A stretch of 64,000 bases of DNA from Amoebidium appalachense (lineage: Eukaryota; Protista; Ichthyosporea): the NCBI GenBank assembly GCA_963693365.1, contig CAVNZM010000002.1, forward strand, positions 15,719,615 to 15,783,614, read 5' to 3'. Numbering within the stretch: the first letter of the stretch is position 1; every line of letters starts with the position of its first letter. Below the pieces are notes generated by a model that was not told where the DNA came from, did not search any database, and saw only the letters and a program-made list of their open reading frames with translations. Position numbers and translations under genes: made by a program. Shown here piece by piece: positions 53,640-64,000 of this stretch.

Positions 53640-55269
53640 ATGGCTTCGGCAGCAAGTTTAGACAGGTTTGAGGAGGGGGTGGTGGTGGCCGGCACCGCAG
53701 GGAGTCTAAACGAACTGCCTGAGAAAAAGGGCAGTGCGCTAGGTGTAGATAGGGTCCCTGATAACGGCACGCCTGTGTCCCCAGCTCGAGATGATTCCAG
53801 CGCAGAGTCGGTCCCACAAAAAAGTGCGCTAGTTGTGGACAAAAAAGTATCGCCCTGGCTTCTTGCGGAAGTGCTCGTTGCATGTCTGCCCGCATTTTGT
53901 GACGGCTTCAACAGTGGTGTGATTAACAACAGTGTGGTGGGAGTCTTTATGTATTTTCGGTTGAAAGGCGACCCCATCACCAAGGATGATTGGTCTTCGT
54001 TTGTGTCCATTTTCCTTATTGGAGCCATGATCGGATCCGTCTTCACCGGGCCACTGTGCAAGAGGCTTGGGCCTAAGCGGGTGATGTCTTTCAACAATTC
54101 GCTCTACTTCCTGTCTTCCATAATATTCTTCACGTGCAAGTCCTTCACCGTGCTGTGTCTCGGTAGGTACCCCCCTGCACTTGTTGCACACGTGTTTTTA
54201 CACGACTGATGCTGCTGCTTGCTGGTTGCTGTCGTTGTTTTTGATATAGTGATAGATCTGCCTTCTGTGTAGAAGTTTTGAATCTACAATAGTTTTGTTC
54301 AATGTGGCAACTTCTAATTTATTTCTATTAAGTAATCTTTTATCTGCCTGTTGCATCTAAGCTCACTTTTAGACACTACTAGCTTCACCGAGTAATACAC
54401 ATTCGCCTACCCCACCCCATCAAACAGACACGGAAAAACCCTTTTAGGTCGGCTGAACCAATCTTAACGGTTTTATCCTGTTTCCTCACAGCACGCATCA
54501 TTGCCGGTGTTGCCATTGGCATCAACATGCCTGCCCTGCAAATCCTAGTCCAGGAATGTTCACCGGCAGGCGTGCGCGGTCTCATGATGATGCTTGTTCT
54601 GCTCTCTCTCACGGGGTCCATTGTTGTTGGATTTTCACTGGGCATGAGCAGTGTTATGGGCACACCTGACCTATGGCACTATCTCTATGGATTGCCCATC
54701 ATTCCCTCGGGGATTCACGCCGTGGTGTCGTGGTTTGTGCCCGAGAGCCCACGGTGGCTGCTGAGTGTTGGGAGGACGGAGGAGAGCGAGGCGTCGCTGC
54801 GAAAGTTGAGGCATAAGACCGTGGATATAGGCAAGGAGATGGAGATGATGAAGGTGGGTGACAGTAAAAACATTTGCTTTTCTTTCCTTGTTTCCCCCCA
54901 GAACTTCTTGGTTTTATGGTTATCTTTTTGTTTGTGCGTTAATGCAACCTCTTTTTGAATTGTGTGTGTTGGTATGTTGAAGCGGGAGGCCAAGTTGAAG
55001 TTGGTGAGCTTTAATCGAGGACTGGGTGGCAGCGCCCGTGTTATGCCGGGCTTCATTAATGGGGCATAGTCTCGGCAGTCCTGCTTAGTGACAGTTGTCG
55101 TTGTGTGTATGAAAATGAAACGTGTGCAGATATTGATTTTAAAGAAAAAGGGGGATTGCAGGGGGTCACGTATCAGTTGAAAAGAAGGTGCTCTTGGTGG
55201 TGGGAGGGGGGGGAGAAGGGGAATTGAAGGGCATGTACTGCACGAGGAATCTCGGTGTGGGTGGGTTGT

Positions 55270-55303
<34 letters not shown>

Positions 55304-56250
55304 GGGTTTGGGGGGGGAGTTCCATGAGGCTGAAGGGTGGGAAAAGGATGATACGGAAGTGGGATGATTTACAACAATGCCAAGGGAAGGAGGGGTTGGG
55401 GTTTGTTGGGGGGGGGGGGGGGGGGGGGGGGGGAGGCTGGTCAGTGTCTGTATTCGGCATGGTGCGTACAGCTCTGGTGTAACCATAGTAACAATGAAAC
55501 ATTCTGCAGGAGTCTATGGCCAACGACGACCAATCAATGATGGCTGCGGCCAAGCTCCTGTTCACAACAAAACGCTTCGTTTGGCCATTGATCATCGGCA
55601 ATTTCTTGCCTATTTTGGTTCAGTTCTCCTGCGGTTCATTCATCGCATACTACAGCCGCACCCTGTTCCAGGAGCTCGGGTTCGAAAACGGGGAGTTGGC
55701 AACTGTTTTGATCGGTGTGGTGGGTATGTTTTCCATGTTTTTGGCCGGTGCCCTCATCGAGAGGTTGGGACGGAGGGGTATTCTGATTTATGGGTGGGCC
55801 GTGGTGGCCGTGCTAGCCGTTATGTTTGCGGTTGCATCGATAAAAAGCGCTGATCCCGGGTGGAATAAGGCCGGGTTCGGGTTTATTCTTCTGTATTCGC
55901 TGATTGGAGGCGCACCTGCAAGTATCGCAATGATGATTGCCCCCGAACTTTTCCCGAATAACGTCCGGTCGGTGGCGGTGGGTGTGTGCAGTTTGACTGC
56001 GCGCGCAATGTCGTTCGTCGTGGCTAAGACTTTCCTGAATATTACGGACGCACTCGGCGACTATCTGTTCTTTTTGTTTGCGGCGTGTTCCGTCGTCGGG
56101 ATCTTCTTTGTGTTGTTGTTTGTTCCTGAGACGAGTGGTGTTCCACTTGAAGAGATTGAGCAGCTGTTTGATCGGAAAATCCAGATTGGAAAACCCCGGA
56201 GATCTAGGGCTTCGATGGCGGACAGGGAGAAGAGCACGGCTGATTGCTAA
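53640..56250 (+). CDS. MFS sugar porter (GLUT/SLC2A-like); exons 53640-54162, 54492-54853, 55510-56250
   Basis: GFNSGVIN, GAMIGS, RLGPKR, ARIIAG, QECSP..RG, PESPRWL, QFSCG, IERLGRR, PELFP..VR, VPETSG motifs. Phases consistent. Confidence 0.95.
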
Positions 56251-56579
56251 GCAGTTCCTACTAGAGGTTAATACTGGTTATGAGCTCCGGTTATTGTATG
56301 TTAGTCCCAGTTTTCATCCATTCTTCTTTCATCATTTCTCTGTCACGTTTATCGTAGGATTCCTTACATGTGATCCATCCATGCCATGTTGCCTCGATAT
56401 GTGACCTTGGTGTTTATCCGGTGTACATGCAAATGTTATAGGCGAGAGGTAGACTAGACCCGGCCAAAAGAGGCTTTCTAATCCTGTCAAACTTAGGAGT
56501 AGTGCTAGCGGTAGAGATATACCCGTGCTTATACCCAAACGACCCTAGTCCGATGCTGTAAATGTAAACTTGGTGCATG

Positions 56580-56614
<35 letters not shown>

Positions 56615-56721
56615 CTTTTTCCCCAGCTTTAAGAGGATACACACTGGTTTGTGTACATGTTTGTTACAGTTTCCTTATCGAATGCAGTGACTGATAACAT
56701 GACTGTACAAGCCCCAAAATT

Positions 56722-56770
<49 letters not shown>

Positions 56771-57008
56771 CCAAAACTCCCCAACCCACCCACTTACTGG
56801 CCCACCCGCCCATAAAAAAACAAAACAAAAAAAAACACCCTCTACCCTGCACAACCACCACCGCCGCCACCACACACATGCACACCTAAGGATGGCCTCG
56901 GTTTACGATTAGAAAATGTTTGTATCATACGGTGCACGTGCTTTGCAAATCCTACATTGTGCTCCGTCATGAATGTGTGCTTCGTATGCTCTGTAATGCA
57001 TTTATCCC

Positions 57009-57045
<37 letters not shown>

Positions 57046-57246
57046 AGGCCCCGTCTGTCGCCGCCACGGGAACCCACCCAGATGAAGGGCTCTATTGAAT
57101 GATGATGCATGCTAACTATTGACGTGCTTGAATTCGCACCGTGTTTTCCGTTGCAATGTGCCAGTGTTCAGTGAGCACTCTGTATACGTATAGCACAACT
57201 CTTAACCCCCCCCCCCCCCCCCCCCCCCTGCACCCCCACTTTAATT

Positions 57247-57790
<544 letters not shown>

Positions 57791-57983
57791 CCACAAACCC
57801 CATTTTTCAAAAATTCACCCACCCACCGGATATAACCCGATGAAAGCATTTGGCGAACTAGTCACAACTTTAAAATTGAAAGTTCAAATTTCAAAGGGAT
57901 TCTCGGTCCCAATCAAATAGCTCGGGTTGTCGGATCCAATAAGTCAATCGGAATAGGTTATCCGATATATCCTAATTCCGAAA

Positions 57984-58574
57984 ATATTCCGGAAATTTCC
58001 ACTTTTGTGAATTTCCACCGCACCAAATCAATAAATTAGTCAGACTGATGTTGCATCCAATGGAAATAATTCCTTAATTTTCCGGAAATTTCCAACACTA
58101 ATCAAAAATAGTCACTGAAATATCAGCCTTTTAAGGTTTGATGGGAACGTTGCTGATCGGAAATTCTGTTTCAAATTCGCACCCGACCTCAAGTAGAGTT
58201 GGATTTTTTTATTTTTATAATGACTTTATTGAGATTCTCATTTAGGAAATTTCCATGGAAAGTGATAGGCCGAAATTTCCGCCTGTTGCCAGGCCTCACC
58301 CTCCCCGCCCCCCGGCCCCCCCGGCCCCCCCCCCCCCCCCCCCCCTCCCCCCCCCTTCCCCCCAAGCCTACTAATAACATGTGAAGGTTCACGCCAAGAA
58401 ACCTATAGCTCCACAACACCTATAGTATTTATATATGCTAGTATTATTATTACTTTGAACGGGAAAATTCCCAAAAATTCCTTGAAAAAGATCCATTAAT
58501 ATTGCATGTGCTTACAAGTACACCGTGCGTATGTGCATATGCAGCTATTGGAAATTTTTGGAAATTTCCACCTT

Positions 58575-58617
<43 letters not shown>

Positions 58618-59020
58618 ACCACCACCACCACCACCACCACATATGTGTGGATATTGTCGTGTATTGACAATGCAGGAACCTTAGAAAAACAGGGAAAGCC
58701 TTTCCTTTTTAATGAATGAAACCATGTAGATACTTGTACAAGTACATATCACCATATGATATCCAGCAGTTTCCGGAAATCAAATGGAAATGCCTCTAAG
58801 TTCACAGTAGTACCTACCTACGCAGGTGGAAATTTTGGATATTTCCACCGTAGTCATGGAAATTGGACATTTCCGGAAATTTCCGGAAAGTTCCAGTTTC
58901 CAAAATTTTAATTCGAAAAATACCTCCGACTTACCTATCTGGGCCGGTGTAATTTCCATCCTATTTCCGGAAATTTCCGGAAATGGAAATTTCCGGAAAC
59001 GATTTCCACTTATTTCCGGG
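57984..59020. repeat. Cluster of palindromic GGAAATTTCC / TTCCGGAA motifs (possibly a non-autonomous DNA element)
   Basis: About 7 GGAAATTTCC and about 8 TTCCGGAA within ~1 kb. Confidence 0.7.
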
Positions 59021-59380
59021 ATTGGGCTATCTCTCCCGAAAATCTTTTCGGACCCGTCCAGGCGTTTGGCCCTATGTTGAGCGCTTCTGCCTTTGTGATT
59101 TGTTAACCTCCCCAACCTTGCAGATACCACACCCTCTCCAGGCTTGCCGCCGTTCTACATCGAACCCCCCCCCTCTCCCGGGGGCCCTAACCGCACAAAA
59201 AAAGGTAATTCTTTTAGTTGTTAAATCTGAGAAATCCCCCCTCCCCCCCCCTCCCCCCCCCCTCCCCCCCCCCCCCCCCCCTCCCCCCACAAAACACGAT
59301 CGGATGATTTAAAATCAAGGGGAAATGATTCGATCCCTAAGCGACATAAAAAGAGCCCTTAGGCGCCTATAGCGGGGGGT

Positions 59381-59515
<135 letters not shown>

Positions 59516-59707
59516 TAGATCAATATATATCCCTTCCTCGATCCCCCCCTTCAGTCACAATATGACAATCCCCTACTCCTTTCCCCCCCCTCCCCCCTCC
59601 CCCCACCTCCCCCAACGACCCCAACGTTTCTCTCCAAGAGCTCTCTTTCCCCCCCAATCCCACCCACCAAAAACCGGACCAATGGATTCCATCACCCCAC
59701 ACCTACC

Positions 59708-59741
<34 letters not shown>

Positions 59742-60075
59742 CCCAGGGCGGTAAGAGACGATCTTTGTTCCAGGTTTTGGATTAGGCCGTCTTCCTAGAT
59801 CCCCAAGACGCAGCCATTTAAAGCAATGAGCAATATGAAGTTCTACTTTGATAACTTGGTATATAGCCTCCTGCTACCCAGCCTTTCAGTTTGATAAGTC
59901 CCGACTATTTCAGAATTCCCCTCTATGCCAAAGGTTTCATCCCTGTGCCTCCCCAGCCTTCACTCGCCTAAGTCACTAATGCCTCCCCCCCCTCCCCCCT
60001 CCCCCGGCCCCTCAGCCCCCCCCCCCCCCCCCCACCCACCCACACCCACACACACACCACACACACACAAAAACA

Positions 60076-60140
<65 letters not shown>

Positions 60141-61169
60141 GCACGGGATTTGCCGAGTAAGGCGGTTTAGAGAGACTGCAAGGGAACTTTCACTGGCTGC
60201 ATGGACAAGAGCTAGAAACATAATCAGATGATTCCCCAGCCGCCATCACACCGACATCCATTTTTACTTGGCTACATAGCTATAGGAAGAAAACCAGGCA
60301 AACTTCCCCCGGCTAGTAGTGCACCGTTGAAATACTTTGAAGGTCCTTAAGTGCAAATATTATCCCGTGCAGAACTTTCCTTTGACCCCCCCGCCCCCCT
60401 CCCCAAACCCCCAACCCGCCTTCTCCCCCTCCCCCCCCCCCCCCCCCAACGCCACCAACCTCCCTTCCCCCCTCCCCACCCCCTCTCTCTCTCCCCCCCC
60501 TCCCTCCCCTCCCCTCCCCTCCCATCCCCCCTCCCCCCCTCCCCTCCCCCTCCGCCCCGCGGCCGCCCGGCTCTGAAGTCCCAACTCCAGCATATGCGCA
60601 TGCCTCACTTCAACTTTTCCCTGTGAACTGCCATGCGTTATATATAGGCCATGGTCATTGGCTAACCTTAATTGCCATATTTGCATTTTCACAGTGGGAT
60701 GGTTGGCTTAACGTCAGTATGAAGAACAAACATTGGGTCTATGAAGGTACTGGCCCGAATTGGTAGGTAACAGGTGGAAGGGGTTGGTGGGTTGGTATAG
60801 GCGGCTGGATAGGTCACGTGACTTGAAAGATGATTGGTGATTGGCAGGAATCAGTGGCAATGGTTACACCACTGGCAGTACCTATGTCAGGAAAGGGGTG
60901 GGGTGGGGTGGGGTGGGGGGGGGGGGAGGGGAGGGGGATCCGGAGGGGACGTCGATCGTTGGGTTGTGTAGTCAGACGGGGAAGAGGAAAGAGTGAAGTG
61001 GAGGGAAGGAGGGGGGGGGGGGGGGGGGGGGGGGGGAGGAAGGAGGGGGGCCCTCAACTGATCCTACATAATAAGGTGCCTATTTGTAAATTTCAAGAAA
61101 GTAAATTCAACCCACATACACTTGCTGCTTGAAAGCAGGCTGTGAAGTTTAGGGGTTAAGGCTCGCATG

Positions 61170-61212
<43 letters not shown>

Positions 61213-61257
61213 TGTGTCTGTGTGTGTGTGTTTGTGTTTGTGTGTGTGTGCGCGCGC

Positions 61258-61290
<33 letters not shown>

Positions 61291-61341
61291 TGTGTGTCCG
61301 TTTGCCCGCCCGCACACGTGTGTGCTCATATGTGTGTATTG

Positions 61342-61376
<35 letters not shown>

Positions 61377-61945
61377 CGCGCACGCGTGTCTTATATGTGC
61401 CTGTGTGCACTCAGTGTATCCACAACTCCACCCTAACCAACCAAGGGAGGGAACAATACATTCACGTGATGACGGACGTTACACGCGTACACAGACGCGC
61501 ACATGTGCAAACGTGATGAAAGACACCATAAGCACAAAACAGCCACAGATTTCTTTGTTTTGACAACACTTGTATTCTTGAACTTCTGACTGACGCCCGT
61601 GCATGAACGAATTCACCGACCAATCGGGACATTCCTTAAAACCTTAAAAACAACAAAATCCGTGACGTAAGCTCCTGCATGCATGATGCAAAGCGGCCAA
61701 CATACGCAAAAGAAACCGTATCTCTTAGTTAGCTATGAAATAAAAACGAAGTGTGATTTTGTATGTAAAAGTAAATATACTATCGTCCATATTGCAACCT
61801 TCAATACATAAAACAACAGCAACTCTTTCCGAGTGCACATTCATTCTCCGGTTTAACCACTCGTGTTTACTACTTACTACAATCAGCAAAACAATCGCAT
61901 ACTTGAAAAAATAAAAATCAGACCATCGTACTGCCCACATGCACG

Positions 61946-63184
61946 CTATCGAGTCTCTCCATTTATAGCGGTCTCACCAATCACAAACGTCCTTAAAGTT
62001 TCCTGGTTGATGTGTTCTACAACCTTCTTTTCCTTCTTCACGTTTCCATCATTAATTTCTGAACATTCCCCCGCCGAGATATTCCTACCTGTTGCCCCAA
62101 CCACCACTTGTATATTTGAACCCGTCCGCCCTTCCGTCGAAGACCTTCTAAGCATAGCTCTAAGATTTAAGTACCATAGAACGTAGACTAGAACGGCCTG
62201 GAAGATGAGCCACGTAGGCAGAATAATCCGCGCCGCGGGTTTATCCAAAAGTTCGAAATGTGTCAGGTTTGAAAATGTGTAGTAGATATAATAAAGGAGA
62301 TAGCTCACGAAGAAGAAGAGTAAGATCATGGTTTGATCTAGATCGTATACTCTGAGGCTATTGCGTTGTGTGTGGAGCATGGTCGCCATGACAATGCAAC
62401 AGGTCAGGTAGAAAAGATCCAATGAAATGCGAGCGTAGAAGAGCCTGTCCATAAGATCGTAGATCCGTGGGTCGTCAATGCCGTTGACAACCACAAACAG
62501 CTGTGTGTGTGTGTGTGTGTGTGTGTGTGCCGTGGTAGTATGTGCGTGTATGTCGTTCTGCATGTATGCGGGAAAGGTGGTGAAGAGGCCCTGCGCCGGG
62601 AGGGGTGGGGGTGGGTTAGTGGGTGGGGGGGAGGGGGGGGGGGGGGGGGGTTGTTGTTAGTATGTATCACGCAGGAAAAACCATGCTTGGGGCCACACTT
62701 GAACAGATTGATGTTACCAATTGTACGTGCCTTTCACTCTTAGGCTTACTCCCCCCCCTTCCCCCCCCCCCCCCCCCCCCCCCCTCCCCCTTCAACCTCT
62801 TCTCCCTTGCGCAATGCCTCAAGTTGCTTTGGTATGTTTAGTTAAATTTTCCATGTTGAATCCCATTTCCAATTTTTTTCAGTTCTTTCCATCAATTTTG
62901 AGGGCTCGGGAGAGGCAGGCACGACAAATGTAAGTGCATTGCTGCCTTTGGTGTGTGGCCCGCACACGTGGCAAGAAATGCAGATAATAAGAACGTGATA
63001 ATCAGTAAACAAGTCAGTGTTTGTTTAAAATTTCTCAATAATGCACTGTGCCCGACTATGTGAGTAAGCGGAGATGTGTGAATCATATCTTACACGGTTC
63101 AGGTCTATGTGTCTGTAGTTTGGTGGGTAGCACACCAAGGTCTAAATGTGCCACGTGCATGTCTGTTTGACACGTGTGTCCGTG

Positions 63185-63227
<43 letters not shown>

Positions 63228-63410
63228 GTGTGTTGTGGCATGCCGGTTAGCGCTTCTTTGCATATGTCGTGTGCTTCCACAACCTGACTGACGGTGCGGC
63301 TAATGCAACTCCACCGGCAAACCAACTAAAAATTAGAAGGTAGAAACCGTTTGGTAGGGCGTGGATGCCCTGAGCCTAGTCTACCACACCCATGCAGGTT
63401 TTGTACACGG

Positions 63411-63456
<46 letters not shown>

Positions 63457-63509
63457 CTTTTTTTTTCGCTTTCTTTTCTTTTCTTTTCGTTTTTCTTTCT
63501 TTTTTTTTG

Positions 63510-63546
<37 letters not shown>

Positions 63547-63943
63547 GTGGGGGGGGGGCAGGGGGAGGGGGGAGGGAAAGGGTTGTTTGGAATACGATAT
63601 AGAGCACGAAGTACACATCCATAAACAACAAGGGGGGGGGAGGAGGGAGAGGGGGGGGAGAGAGAGAGGGGGGGGGGGGGGGAGGGGGGGGGGGGGAGGT
63701 GGGATTGTCATATACCTGATAAGTGAGCCACAGGGCCAGATAGGGCACGTGCAGAAGCACCAACACACAACACATCCACCCGAGGCCCATGGACAGGCGC
63801 ACGTGGTATGATTGCGTCCACCCGGGAGGGCAGAGGTGCGGGTGCCCAAAATAGATTATCACCAGGCGCACATACAGCACGGCCACCGGAAGATACTTTA
63901 ATGATAGCGCCATGAACCACATGGGCGTGTTGACTGGATCCTC
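61946..63943 (-). CDS. Multi-pass membrane (7TM/GPCR-like) protein, last two exons 63943-63716 and 62500-61946; 5' part outside the window
   Basis: In-frame phase-0 junction TYQ|LFVV. Several hydrophobic helices followed by a charged cytoplasmic tail. CTAAC branch and pyrimidine tract upstream of 63943. Confidence 0.75.
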
Positions 63944-64000
63944 CTAAAAGAAAGAGGGGAAATGTGTTAGAAAACTGATGCTAACGGGTCACGATCCTAC

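Overview
Intron-rich eukaryotic genomic DNA with GT-AG introns, very dense in poly-G/poly-C, (CA)n/(GT)n and (GA)n tracts. The gene set fits a unicellular opisthokont such as an ichthyosporean, but that is only an inference. Most of the six-frame ORFs are translated microsatellites. Spliced genes I could rebuild by hand: CCDC124 (first exon only), RPL12, GALT, RPS27, a UBE2E/D-like E2 whose catalytic Cys is Ala, a 128-aa multi-TM protein, a ~428-aa protein (CBM2-like domain, Met/Gly-rich region, NLS-like segment, acidic tail), an MFS sugar porter, and the 3' part of a multi-TM protein. Mobile DNA: a 2.0-kb internally deleted P-element (THAP domain, TIRs, 8-bp TSD), a young 1.17-kb copia-derived TRIM, and a probable LINE 3' fragment preceded by an 80-bp-arm hairpin. 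Most notable: (1) a conserved bipartite ~45-115-nt element found sense-oriented in introns of unrelated genes; (2) many introns where (CA)n sits directly against the 3' AG in place of a polypyrimidine tract; (3) the signal-peptide-less CBM2-like protein; (4) the pseudo-E2; (5) a GALT lacking most canonical metal ligands.
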